Assembly (NCBI GenBank): GCA_964016885.1
Contig: OZ024743.1
Span: 63,302,001 to 63,366,000, forward strand
DNA: 64,000 bases
Direction: 5' to 3'
Origin: Eledone cirrhosa
Lineage: Eukaryota
The stretch's first letter is position 1; the number at the start of each line of letters is the position of its first letter. The notes below the pieces were generated by a model. That model saw nothing but the letters and a program-made list of their open reading frames with translations, made no database searches and was not told the DNA's origin. The translations under genes were made by a program, and so were the position numbers. Positions 17,074 to 29,933 of this stretch are shown one piece after another.

Positions 17074-17089
17074 TATATATATATATATA

Positions 17090-17221
<132 letters not shown>

Positions 17222-17243
17222 TATATATATATATATATATATA

Positions 17244-17319
<76 letters not shown>

Positions 17320-17339
17320 TATATATATATATATATATA

Positions 17340-17409
<70 letters not shown>

Positions 17410-17445
17410 TATATATATAAATATATATATATAAATATATATATA

Positions 17446-17509
<64 letters not shown>

Positions 17510-17575
17510 TATATATATAAATATATATATATAAATATATATATATGAATATATATATATATATATATATATATG

Positions 17576-17607
<32 letters not shown>

Positions 17608-17641
17608 TATATATATGAATATATATATAAATATATATATA

Positions 17642-17679
<38 letters not shown>

Positions 17680-17793
17680 TATATGAATATATATATATAT
17701 ATATATATAAATATATATATATGAATATATATATATATATATAAATATATATATATGAATATATATATATATATATATATAAATATATATATA

Positions 17794-17831
<38 letters not shown>

Positions 17832-18155
17832 TATATCTATGAATATATATCTATGAATATATATATATATATATATGTGTAAGTATGTATGTATACGTAC
17901 ATACATATATGTATACAGACGTACAGTAGCATGCATATATATATATATATATATACATATATATACATATATACACATATATACATACATACACATATAT
18001 ACATACAGGTACACATACATATATGCACGCATCAGTTTAGCGGACGCTTATTATAACGCCGCTTTGTTCGTTTGTAAACAAAACTGAACAGCCTGAATTT
18101 ATGCCATACGGTGTTAAGGCTACCATGTCACCTTTTTGTTCAACACTGAGACAGG

Positions 18156-18200
18156 AACGATGTACTTGTTTCAAGCTTGTTAGCTATCATCAGCACCGTT
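18156..18200 (-). ncRNA. Minimal type I hammerhead ribozyme (stem III CAAG variant)
   Basis: Minus strand AACGGTG-CTGATGA-TAGCTAACAAGCTT-GAAA-CAAG-TA-CATCGTT. Confidence 0.85.
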
Positions 18201-18443
18201 TACCCATCTGCCAGATAGTTGAACGTTCGAAAGTATATACTTTCCTTATGAAAATTAACGGCTGAGCAGCCTAATTTGCATATTGAGTGAGTTAAATCGG
18301 TCAGGCATACCGAAAACGATAAGTTGAAAAAAAAAAAAATGAAAACGAAATTTCATTTCTCACTCTTAGTATGGCACTTACTTAAATGTAAGTATGTATG
18401 TATACGTACATACATATATGTATACAGACGTACAGTAGCATGC

Positions 18444-18474
<31 letters not shown>

Positions 18475-18622
18475 GGTACACATACATATATGCACGCATC
18501 AGTTTAGCGGACGCTTATTATAACGCCGCTTTGTTCGTTTGTAAACAAAACTGAACAGCCTGAATTTATGCCATACGGTGTTAAGGCAACCACGTCACCT
18601 TTTTGTTCAACACTGACACAGG

Positions 18623-18667
18623 AACGATGTACTAGTTTCAAGCTTGTTAGCTATCATCAGCACCGTT
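18623..18667 (-). ncRNA. Minimal type I hammerhead ribozyme
   Basis: Minus strand AACGGTG-CTGATGA-TAGCTAACAAGCTT-GAAA-CTAG-TA-CATCGTT. Confidence 0.9.
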
Positions 18668-18893
18668 TACCCATCTGCCAGATAGTTGAACGTTCGAAAG
18701 TATATACTTTCCTTATGATAACACACACATCAACAACAACAACAACAGCAACATACCCAGATACAACAACAACAGACACGCAAACACAAACAACAATAAC
18801 AACACACACAACAACGATAACACACACACACACGGAGACAACAACACACATCAACAACAACACACATCAACAACAACAACACACACACATTCA

Positions 18894-21590
18894 ATGCCTC
18901 TCACCACCACTACAATCTTAACAAACACACAGACACAGAAAACAAGTAATGACAGTAGCACAGAAATCAGAGAAATAAGAGAAAGTAATAGGATTAAAAG
19001 GAGTAGGGAGACTAAGGACAAAGAGAATAACCAAGACGAACACACAGACACACAAAATAGGGTAGATAACAACATTGAGCCAGTGGAAAGAGACAGGAGT
19101 AATTATGAGAGACATAGAAACAACCATGAAGCTGAGGCTGCTGCTGTTGGTGGAAATAGAAACAACACAACTAACAATAGCGCAAGTACACATAAAGCAG
19201 CAGCCTGGAACTCTCCGTTTTATAACCACTCCGATAAATCATTCGACCTACGACGAGTCCACGCCACGACTTTGCCATTTAACAAACGCACGCAGTTGCC
19301 GTCGCAGGTCGATGAACAAACAGAAGCACAATTTAGTATAGCTAAATCCGAACTTAGAAATATTATAGAACAGTATAGCAAGAAGCATAATAGAATAGAG
19401 GCCCAGCAACTGGGAGAAGAATCTGCAAATGGCTTGCGTAAGCTCATGCAGCGCTCGCGTAATGGAGAGATAGCATGCTTTCCAACAGACAAGTCTGGCA
19501 GAATGTCGGTTGACAGCCTGCCAAACTACATCCAGGCAATGCAACCCCACATCACTAACACAAGAGAGGTAACACCACAGGAGCATGAGGACAGAGAAAA
19601 AACCCTCAATGCCCATATGGTGATGTGGACAAATATAATGCAGCCCAACAAAAGGACTGCCAACAACTTCCAGGCCTGGAACAATGACGTGCCGGCGTTG
19701 TATGGGCTTCGAAAAGACCATAAAACGGGCTGGGACCCTGTCGCGGGACCACCAACACGGCCAGTCTGTGGGGCTAACATTGCTAGTAACTACAGACTGT
19801 CCTACTTCCTCTCCCTGATCATACGCCCCATCATTGAGATGTCCCCAGATGTGTGTGACAGCACGGAGGACCTCCTCAGCAGAATCGGCGCGGGTAACCG
19901 ATCTGGGGACCTAACAAACTGCATAATAGGCAGTATGGATGTTGTGTCCCTGTATCCATCTATTGACGTGGATTTTGCTGTGGAGAAATGCGTCGAAATG
20001 ATCAGCGAGAGCAAGGTTGAGTTCCGTGGGATTGATACCAGTGAGCTGGGACTTCTACTTAAGCTTACCCATAGTAATAGTTACCTAGACACTTATGACC
20101 TTAGCAACCTGTGCCCTACAAGACCAGCAAGAGGCAGACCACCTACCATTACCTCAATGGCCAAGAAAACCCACACAGATAGATGGAACGGGTGGACCAG
20201 AGCCATACGGACACCCGAAAACCACGATGAACTGAAGAAAATGATTGCACATGCGGTAGGGGCCAGCATAAAATTAACCCTTAAGGAACATATGTTCAAA
20301 TTTAATGGTAAAACATATGCCCAAGAGGAAGGAGCAGCCATTGGTGTTAGCATTGCAGGCGACATAGCTAACTTGTTCATGGTATGGTGGGACAGTAGAC
20401 TTAAACAAAAACTTAAAGAACAATTAGAAGACAGATTAACCCTGATAATGTACTCCCGCTACGTAGATGATATAAACATCGTAGTTAAGACACCCCCACT
20501 AAAGAACAGTCAGGAACCTGAGAAAAACACAATGGAAAGCATCCAGCAAATAGCAAACTCCATCCACCAGAGCATTAGAGTTACTATAGACTACCCAAGT
20601 AGACACCCCAACCATCGATTACCTGTACTAGACACAGAGCTCTGGTTAGATACTATTAACAACCAAAAACAAATCCTCCATTCCCATTATGCCAAACCCA
20701 TGACTTCCAAACATCTGATCCACCGAAACTCGGCCATTTCGGACCATACCAAAATCAACATACTGATTGCGGATTTGATACGGGTGATGAGAAATGTGTC
20801 CCGCATGTGCAACCCCGAAGAACTAGAGAGACACATACAACACTTCATCCACCGTATGCAGTTCTCTGGCTACAATCAGAGAGATAGAATCAGAGTGTAT
20901 AAAGGAGCCAGAACCAAATGGGAAAAAATGGTAAATAATGACATAAATGGGACCTGCCCCTTGTATAGGAGCAAATTTTGGAATAGAATAGAAAGAACTA
21001 AGAACAAGGCCAATAGAATAAACTCATGGTATGATAGCAATAAATACCAGAGTGTAATGTTCATCAATACAACCCCTAGAGGTGAACTAGCCTACAAATT
21101 TAGAAGGGCCCTAAAGAAACATAATCTCAATATTAAGATAGTAGAAAGACCTGGTACCTCCGTAAAAACACTTATTAGCAAGACATACCCGTTCCAAAGA
21201 CCCTCATGTATAGATAAGAAATGTATAACCTGTAAAATAAGCCCCCATATTAACTGTAAAACTAGAAATGTAGTATATAGCATAAGATGTACTGAGGGAC
21301 AATGTAGAAACAAAAATATAGTGTACATAGGTGAGACAGCTCGTAGTATAGGGGAACGAATAAATGAACACTGGCGAGACCTCCAAGATAGTAAAGAATC
21401 ATCTGTGCTCTACCAACATGCTAAGATAGAACACAGGGGTAAATTAGAGAGCATAGAAATAAAAATAGAATCCACACACAAGAAAGACGCAATGTTTAGG
21501 CAAATTACAGAGGCAGTAAGCATAAAAGAATTAAAACCAAAATTAAATAGAAAATATGAGTGGAACAGCAACATCACAACTTACAATTAA
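18894..21590 (+). CDS. PLE polyprotein: reverse transcriptase + Cys-rich linker + C-terminal GIY-YIG endonuclease (898 aa)
   Basis: PTDKSG, PALYGLRKDHK, TRPV, GSMDVVSLYPSI, YAQEEGAAIG, SRYVDD, LPVLD, CxxxxCxxC linker, NVVYSIRC..VYIGETARSIGERINEH..ITEAVSIKELKPKLN. The frame stays open upstream to ~18720. Confidence 0.93.
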   Translation: MPLTTTTILTNTQTQKTSNDSSTEIREIRESNRIKRSRETKDKENNQDEHTDTQNRVDNNIEPVERDRSNYERHRNNHEAEAAAVGGNRNNTTNNSASTHKAAAWNSPFYNHSDKSFDLRRVHATTLPFNKRTQLPSQVDEQTEAQFSIAKSELRNIIEQYSKKHNRIEAQQLGEESANGLRKLMQRSRNGEIACFPTDKSGRMSVDSLPNYIQAMQPHITNTREVTPQEHEDREKTLNAHMVMWTNIMQPNKRTANNFQAWNNDVPALYGLRKDHKTGWDPVAGPPTRPVCGANIASNYRLSYFLSLIIRPIIEMSPDVCDSTEDLLSRIGAGNRSGDLTNCIIGSMDVVSLYPSIDVDFAVEKCVEMISESKVEFRGIDTSELGLLLKLTHSNSYLDTYDLSNLCPTRPARGRPPTITSMAKKTHTDRWNGWTRAIRTPENHDELKKMIAHAVGASIKLTLKEHMFKFNGKTYAQEEGAAIGVSIAGDIANLFMVWWDSRLKQKLKEQLEDRLTLIMYSRYVDDINIVVKTPPLKNSQEPEKNTMESIQQIANSIHQSIRVTIDYPSRHPNHRLPVLDTELWLDTINNQKQILHSHYAKPMTSKHLIHRNSAISDHTKINILIADLIRVMRNVSRMCNPEELERHIQHFIHRMQFSGYNQRDRIRVYKGARTKWEKMVNNDINGTCPLYRSKFWNRIERTKNKANRINSWYDSNKYQSVMFINTTPRGELAYKFRRALKKHNLNIKIVERPGTSVKTLISKTYPFQRPSCIDKKCITCKISPHINCKTRNVVYSIRCTEGQCRNKNIVYIGETARSIGERINEHWRDLQDSKESSVLYQHAKIEHRGKLESIEIKIESTHKKDAMFRQITEAVSIKELKPKLNRKYEWNSNITTYN

Positions 21591-21886
21591 GGACAAAATG
21601 AAAACACACACACACACATATAAACAACTTACAATTGAAAACACACACAAAATGAAAACACACACAAGACAAAATGAAAACACACACACACATAGAACAA
21701 ACAACCAACCAACAATAAATAAATAAATAAACAAACAAATAAAAATATAAAAATAAAAAAATGAACACAAACACACACAGACACCCGGATGTGGCACATG
21801 CGCAAACTGAGCACGCAACCCACACACAAACAAAATGGCGTAGGATAGAAGAAAGGAAAAGCACAGAAACGAAGAAAGAAATCCCC

Positions 21887-21931
21887 AGTCACTGAAGAGG
21901 TCACAGAGTGTGTGACGAAAGAACTATGACT
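21887..21931 (+). ncRNA. Minimal type I hammerhead ribozyme in the PLE 3' pLTR
   Basis: AGTCA-CTGAAGA-G-GTCACA(gagtg)TGTGAC-GAAA-G(aa)C-TA-TGACT: 5-bp stem I, 6-bp stem II with one extra G, 2-bp stem III. Confidence 0.75.
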
Positions 21932-22152
21932 ATATATATATAAACAACTATCTGGTTGTGGAACCAACCAACCAACCAGAAATTTATAAATTTGTAAATT
22001 TATAAATATATATTAAATTAAATTGAAGTGAAAGCAACTGGTGCGTGTGTTTCTTATTGGCAACATGACCCTCCCAAAGTATAACAATATATATATATGA
22101 ATATATATATATATATATATATAAATATATATATATATGAATATATATATAT

Positions 22153-22189
<37 letters not shown>

Positions 22190-22271
22190 AATATATATAT
22201 ATAAATATATATATATAAATATATATATATAAATATATATATATAAATATATATATAAATATATATATATA

Positions 22272-22305
<34 letters not shown>

Positions 22306-22458
22306 AATATATATATGAATATATATATATATATATGAATATATATATATATATATATATATATGAATATATATATATATATATATGAATATATATATAT
22401 ATATAAATATATATATATATACGAATATATATATATATATAAATATATATATATATAC

Positions 22459-22497
<39 letters not shown>

Positions 22498-23128
22498 GTC
22501 GGAGTATCGCTAAAAACTTTCTCCGATATTGTATTTATTATATATATATATATATATATATGAATATATATACTGTTTCTTTGTTTTTATTCATTATTTT
22601 TACAAATTTATGAATATATATATATAAAAATATATATATATATAAAACTATATATATGTATATATATAAAAATATATATATGTATATATATAAAAATATA
22701 TATATGTATATATATAAAAATATATATATGTATATATATAAAAATATATATATGAATATGAATATATATATATCTGTGTGCATATGTGTGTGTGTGTAGT
22801 TGTCCTGAAAACTATACATTAAGAGTGAAATGAACTTCAGAACACCATATGTTTTCTGTGGATTCATTAATAGGACGATGAGAAAAACAAAAAAATAAAT
22901 AATTTTATAAAACTAAAAATAATTAATAGTAAAACAACAGACAAGTGGAAAAAAACGTCTCAGAACAGAACAAAGAACCAGTTCCTGCAGACAATAAGAT
23001 GCTAACAAGACACCATTAAGAAGACTTTTAGAGATTCCTAGATAGATAGTGAAGCTTAATTTAGATACACTTGAAAAATTGCCTCCATAGCATACTGCAG
23101 ATATAATGTTACATACATAGCATATTCT

Positions 23129-23180
<52 letters not shown>

Positions 23181-23975
23181 TGCGTGCGTGCGTGCGTGCG
23201 TGCGTGTGTGTGCAATATAAATATATATAAATATTAACAGCAATTCCGGGAGTCCAGGTATGGTTTTCATTTATTTTTTATCATTTATTTTGTTTTGACC
23301 TGTTTAGCTTGGGTGGTTAATGCCTTCTTGACCACCTTTTCAGTTTTGTATGTCTTCTTAACACATTGTTTAGCTCTGGTTTTTAACTATTGAGCACTTT
23401 GCCGGTATCATTTCTGATTTTTGTGTTTCGCTTTGCTTTTCCTGCCCACCGAAAACACGATTCTCGCTGAATCTTTATTTGTATATATAAATATATATAT
23501 ATATATGAAAACAAGGGAGAAAGAGACGATTATTAGGAAGAAAAATTTTTTATTTCCCTCTCTCCTTTTTCTGGGTTAGAAAATGATTAAAACGAAATGT
23601 TTTACTTTGTGTGAAGTGTTAAGGTATTACTTGATTTATTTATTAATTAACAATGGCATTTATTTATCTATTTATATATTTAATAATTGTCTATTACCGG
23701 TTTCAGCATTTTTATGCATTATTAAATGATAGTATGTATTGGTGTAGAACAGTGGCATTGCACATGTTAAAGAAATGGTGCAGAAAGAATAATGCAGAAA
23801 GAATAATGTAAGTGAAAAGAAAAAAGAAAAAAAGGAGAGTAATGTAGAGCATAAAAAGTCAACGTTAATAAAAAAAATAGTATTTACAGGCATAGTTCTT
23901 GAAGTTAAGCAGATCAAAATGTGTTAATATAGCAAGGGTGCTTAGTTGATCCATGATTCCATGATGGAAGCAAAT

Positions 23976-26820
23976 ATCATCATCATCATCATCATCATCA
24001 TCGTTTAACGTCCATCTTCCACGCTAGCATGGGTTTCAACGGGAATTTTCCCACTTGAGACAAGATTGGTTGTCTTGCTCGTATAGGACTGTCTGGCGGG
24101 TTTTCTACGGCTGGATGCCCTTCCTAACACCAACCACATTTACAGTGTGGACTGGGAGGTTTTTACCGTGTTACCTACACAGCCACATTGCAGCATGGAC
24201 TGTGTGTTTTTTGTCGTGACACCTACACGACCTCATTTATTTTGGACTGGATGTTGTGGTACCAACATAACTTTACATAGGAAGGGGTGGTGTGGATGGG
24301 GTGGGGGTAGTGGGACGGGGGTGTATTTTTGTTAGAGGTGCCTACTGACTGTAGGTTTCGCTTTGTACTTAGGCAAGGCGGGTCTTCTGTATTACTGTGT
24401 AGCGCCAAAGATCTCAGTCCAGTGACATTGTCTTGGAGAGGTGTAAGTGTGTGAGGTCAGAATTTATCAAGTCGTCCCAGGTTTTTCTGGGTCTGCCTAC
24501 TCCGTGGCTACCGTCTATTTTTATCGCCCTGCACTTTTTTATACAGCTGTCGTCTTTCATGCGCATCACGTGACCGTACCAACGTAGTCTTCTACCGAGT
24601 AAACAACATCTGATCCCTCTTATTCCTAATTTCTCCCTTAGTTCGTTTATGCTTTGCCGTTCACGTATATTACTATTACACATCCAGCGGAGCATGCAAG
24701 CTTCGTTCCTCTCCAGTCTGTGTATATCCTCTGCACACAATGCCCAGGTCTCACTGCCATGTAACATTGCTGTTCGTATGCAGGCATCATACAGCCTGCC
24801 TTTCATTTTAGAGAGAACCCTTTAGCGGCCAATAGTGGTACAATGAAAAGAGCATCTGTGGTACTTTTACCTGACACAAACCCGAACTGCATTTCATCTA
24901 GATCAATTCACTCTATGATTAGTTGCGCTATTACTTTTTCTTTGACCTTCATGACCTGGTCGATTAATTTAATGCCTCTATAGTTACCCCTATCTAGGGC
25001 ATCTCCTTTACCCTTGTAGCAGTTAATGATGATGCTGCTACGCCAGTCCTTCGGAACGACTCCATTCTGTATGACTTGGTTTACTATCCGGGTGACCATA
25101 GTGTGTCCCACCGTTCCAGATGCTTTCAGCATTTCAGCAACTATTTCCGAAGGCCCAGCCGCCTTACCCGTTCATATCTTTGATTGCCTTACTTATTATA
25201 CTACCTTCAACTAGCACTGCTGGTCCCTTTATTGGATCGATGTGGGGGAGACTGTCTTTTTCCCAATTATTCTCCTCATTTAGTAGCCTTTCGTAGTGAC
25301 ACTTCCAAGCTACCTTCTTATCAGCGTCAGTGATGGCAAGTACACCATCATCGTTAAGGACACACTTCTCCCCGACAATATCACGGTTTCCCTTAACACA
25401 TTGCCTAGCAATCCTGAACACCTCACGTTTTTGGTCCTCGCGTTGTAGAACATACTTGAACTTTCTTTCCTCTGCTTCCCTTCTTGCGAAGTACACTTGT
25501 CTCCTAGCTTCCCTCCTGGCCACTTGATAGTCTTCTCTACTTCCCCCATCCCGCCATATTTTCCAAGCCTGCTTTTTGGCCTTAATTGACTCCTCCACCT
25601 TACTATTCCACCACCACGTTACTCTCCTCCTGCCTATAGGCCTGCTCCAGCCACAGACATCATCTGCCGCCATCAGCAGGTTTGCTTTCAGGAATTCCCA
25701 CTGCTCCTCTATATTGTACGACTCTAATTACTCTTCCTTACTGTCAAAAGTATCAAGTAATATGCTTTTAAATTTATTTCTGGCTGTGGGGTCCTTTAGC
25801 TTCCATATTTTTCTCCTGAGGATAGTCCTCCTCTGTTGTCGAGTACGTCTTGTCCTGACTATGAGGTTGCTGACTATGAGTCTATGTTGGGAAGTGCATT
25901 CTTCATGGGGGAGGGATTTAGTGTTTACAACAGACACTCTATCACGTCTTCTGGTAAGGATATAATCTATCTGACTGGCGTGTTCCCCTGATCTATAGGT
26001 GATCAAGTGATTGTCTCGTTTTTTGAAGTTAGTGTTACAGACAATTAGGTTATTTGCGTCACAGAATTCCAGGATTCTGGAGCCTTCCTCATTTCTAGTA
26101 CCAAACCCATAGCCTCCATGGATTCCATCATAGTCATCACAATGTTGTCCAATGTGACCATTTAGGTCGCCAGCAATAATTGGTTATTTGGGAGGTAGTG
26201 AGCATCAATGTCTCATAGAATCTGTCTTTTATAACGCCAGGCAGTTCGGATTGGGGTGCATACGCAGATATTACTGTCATAGTAGTTCTATTTAGGACAA
26301 GTCTTATTTTAATTACTCTGTCGTTCACTCTATTTACGTCTATTATCTTATCTACCCATTTTTCTGCTAACATGATTCCTATTTCACCCAGCCCATTGTC
26401 ATTTCCCACCCAGAAAAGCTTATAGCATCGTTTTTTACCCACAATGAATCTAGCAGACCCACCTCTCCACCTGGTCTCTTGGATACAGTAAATATCAACC
26501 TCCTTACGTTCAAGCATTTCTACAACCTCGTTAGAGCGACCTTTTAAGGTGCCTACATTCATGGTACCAACTCTGAAGTTTTGGATTGCGTTTGGTGGGT
26601 GGGAACGGTGGGGCGCAGGGAGGGTGGGATATGTTGGCCATCCGTGGCCGATATAAAGAGGATGAGTCCTTGCCTTTTCGTCCGGCAGCATGAGGTGAAT
26701 TTGTCTTTATCTTTGGCATTGTCACTGAGTGTCCAGATTTTTTCAGACTCTCCAGAATTCCCTAGCCCATCCATCATATCGAAAGGCAACCGGAAGAAGT
26801 GATAGCATAGGCCGCTGACT
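23976..26820 (-). mobile_element. Decayed near-full-length RTE LINE (APE + linker + RT ends) with internal deletion of the RT core
   Basis: APE motifs (VGTMNVGTLKGR, CIQETRW, VISAYAP, SQIDYIL) in ORFs 26137-26691 and 25728-26006; linker 25164-25673. RT jumps from TTDALFI to LPLLAAKG near 24840. (GAT)n tail at 23976-24002; several frameshifts. Confidence 0.92.
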
Positions 26821-27589
26821 TATGATTGGTTGAAATAATAATGGTGGCGAGTGGGGGCTAGTGGGAGGGGTATGGGGTAGCTAGCGAGAAAGTTTAAATA
26901 AAATCCTCGAATTTTGGGCATAATTGGACAAGCATATAACAGTAATAATAAACGAATAATGGGATTTTAAAATACAAGAAGATTATTTAGAACAACCAGA
27001 CAGAATTATAGAATAGCATTGAAAAAGAGCAAGGATTGGATTCTGGGCGATGATACGGATATATGGATGGACCGGGAAGATGGAGAGACAAGAAAAAAAT
27101 GGCATTTTACATTACATTTCACAGGAGAGCGAGCAGTGTGACCATTAATAAGATTTGACAAATCTTGACATTTGTACCCCTCGTAACAGGTTTATTTTTA
27201 TATTTGGTGAGAGAATGGAATTATTGAGAGAGCGGGGAACCAGCAGGCGCGTATACGATATGGGGTGTGTGGGGGGGGGGGGGGGGGTAAAGATTAGGAG
27301 GGGCAAGGAGGCCATTTTATAAATCCTAGAATTTTCGGCCAAAATTAAACAAACGAGATTGTTATTTCAGAAAAACAAACGAGAAGGTTATAAAACATCA
27401 GAATTTTCATCCAAAATTAAACAAACGAGATTGTTATTTTAGAAAAACAAATGAGAAGGTTTAAATAAAATCCTCGAATTTTGGGCATAACAGTAATAAT
27501 AATAATGGATGGGTGGGTGGGTGGGCATGCGTGCGTGCGCGCGTGTGTGTGGCCAACAGAGTTCAGAAAAAAATGCATAAAATCTTTAT

Positions 27590-28585
27590 TCTTTAAGATT
27601 TATTGAAAATTCAAGCTATATAAAGTTACTAAATCTGTACTACATAATTATTCAATATACCCCTGGACATCTTTAATAAGCTCAAGGTGACCTCAGAATT
27701 TGGAACCGGCGCGTTTCACAATTGCAACTGTCAATTCTTGGAATACCTAGCTGATGCGCTGTTTGGTGCTTGCATGCAGTTTATTGGTGACTCAACCACA
27801 CGTCAGAAAAAATAGTCCAGAGTATTGTAGTCTGGAGAGTTAGGAGACCACATGTCCAGGCTGAAATGGTTGTAAAAGTTGTCTGAGGGACACTTTTGAG
27901 TCTTCCTGGCCATGTGTGTGGGTGAAAAATCTTGTTGAAACATAAGGTCTTCCCCCTGCCACCACTTCAATCCAAGGATTCACCAAATGATTTTTTCAAC
28001 TGAGAAAAAAAAACATGTTTGATTCCAAAGATGCTTCAACTTGTTCCACAGCTTCTTGGACTTCTTCATGTGGTTCTCCTTGGAGTAAGCAGCTGTCCTC
28101 ACTGCATCTTGTAATACTTTTAACAAAGGTCTTCATGCACACAAGTCTTCTTAACAGTCTTCTCATCACAGCCCTTGTGTATCCTAATGGGGCAGGTGGG
28201 TCTTCTTCAATGAACTGCTCAACTTTCTGGATGAAATCATCCTCTCACTTTTTGTTTACTGCAATTATGAGTTTTCCTAGCAGCCACAATGTCATCATCA
28301 AAGTGACTGTCCTCTAACTCCTTCCTCACCCTATGGACTGTACACAGTGGGAGCTTTAAGTTGTCAACAACAGCCTTGTTGTTCATTCCAATGCAAACTG
28401 CTTACACCACCATATTCCTTTTCCACTTCTCAGGCCACTTGTATTTTTTTAATGTCAGGGTTCGCCATTTTTTGAAGCCAGGTACAATATGAAAGGAAAG
28501 CAATAATAGTTTACATCATAGCTTTCAAAATAGTATTTTATTTTTTGTTTAAAAAGAGGCGCCAATTTAAAATCTGCCCCATGTA
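27590..28585 (-). pseudogene. Decayed Tc1/mariner-superfamily transposase (DD37D/maT-like)
   Basis: Minus strand reads NHFSLDMWSPNSPDYNTLDY (cf. WPPNSPDLNPLDY) near 27815-27880; many stops and frameshifts. Confidence 0.65.
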
Positions 28586-29933
28586 TACTATATATACATA
28601 TTTGCATGGGTTAGACGAGTAGTCCTACCCATGCCAGGAAAATAGATGTTAAACGATGATGATATATATATATATATGCATCCATGAGTGTGTGAGAAAA
28701 CAGATAGATAAATAGACAGATTAGCAGAAAAGGGGAAGGTAAAAAAAAAAAGAGCTGCCTGCTTCAAATATACTTTGTAACATATATTGTAATGTCATTG
28801 TTACTATTTTCAGAAAGAGTCTTACTATCAAGTTTCATAAACTCAGCTATTTACAAGAAAGTATTTTGGTTGTATTATATCTAATTTAAAAACATTTCAG
28901 ATTAGTGGTAAGACTAACAATAGACTATATGGATATAATAATGAACTGGCAACTGAAATATTTAGGAAATAAATCTATACTAAATAACTTACAACAATAT
29001 TTATTTAACTCTTTTGTTACTCTACTTCTAATTTCCGATCACTTTGAAAATAATCAAAATTTTTTTTTCTTTTAACTCACATTTATGCAAGTTTAGCTGG
29101 CCTCCTGTAAAGTTGCCTTGCATCTCATAGGCAGAGGTTCCTCATGTGTTTTAATGATTAGGAGCCCCAATCCTGTCATGAAAAGCAGCTTAAAATGAAA
29201 TGTCTTGCTCAAGAACACATGCTGTCTGATTCAGAAATTGAACCCACAGCTTTATGATTTTGAGTCCAGCATCCTAACCACTAGATCATATGCCATTACA
29301 ATCAATCAAAAATTTTGATTATTAATCTGGTGTTGCAAGAAAACTTTAAAGGTTCTTACATAAAATTATGATGGAAGATTTTTGGATAATAGACAAATGA
29401 ATAAACTCAGTTTAAACTATCATTTTCTACACAAAAAGACTTATGTAAACAAAATGTATGTGAAAATTATCAAAAACCAGATTAAAGGTACACTTAGCTA
29501 GTTGGGTTTATCTATTGGGTGAATCCTCGGAACACCGATAAATAAGAATTTTAAAAGGCTTCATCCATAAAGGTGAGAATATTTTCCCCATCAGTAACTA
29601 GATTGTTAGTGACAGCTGTTGTTGTCATAATCAGCCAAAGCATTTGACATATTTTTATCATCCTCAATGGGATGCTTTTATCATCATTATCAATGATGTG
29701 CTTTTATCGACAATATTCTGCTTTCATTATCATTGTATTTTAACATCATAATCATTGATATGCTTTGATAGACATTCTTTCATTATCGACATTCATCATC
29801 ATCATCGACCTGCTTTCATCATAACCATCATTGGCATACTTTCATCATAACCATCATTGGCATACTTTCATCATTATCGTCATCAATATGCTATCATCAT
29901 CATCAACATGCTTTCATCACTGCTATCATCCAT

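Larger units (their letters stand above)
17877..18718 (-). mobile_element. Non-coding 467-bp tandem repeat (about 1.8 units) with two hammerheads; retrozyme-like
   Basis: Near-identical blocks 467 bp apart (hammerheads at 18156 and 18623); no plausible protein. Confidence 0.85.
18719..22088 (+). mobile_element. Penelope-like element (EN+), 5'-truncated, with 3' pLTR carrying a hammerhead
   Basis: Uninterrupted RT-GIY-YIG ORF, ~500-bp 3' region with a hammerhead at 21887-21931, ends in (TA)n. Confidence 0.92.

Noticed and set aside
18894-21590. Possible selenocysteine recoding as in Naiad PLEs
   Set aside because: No in-frame TGA; the ORF ends in TAA and the endonuclease is C-terminal.
23290-23350. 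Minus-strand CTGAAAA-GGTGGT...ACCACC hairpin resembling a hammerhead
   Set aside because: No GAAA after stem II, unpaired C3/A8, and no complementary stem I.
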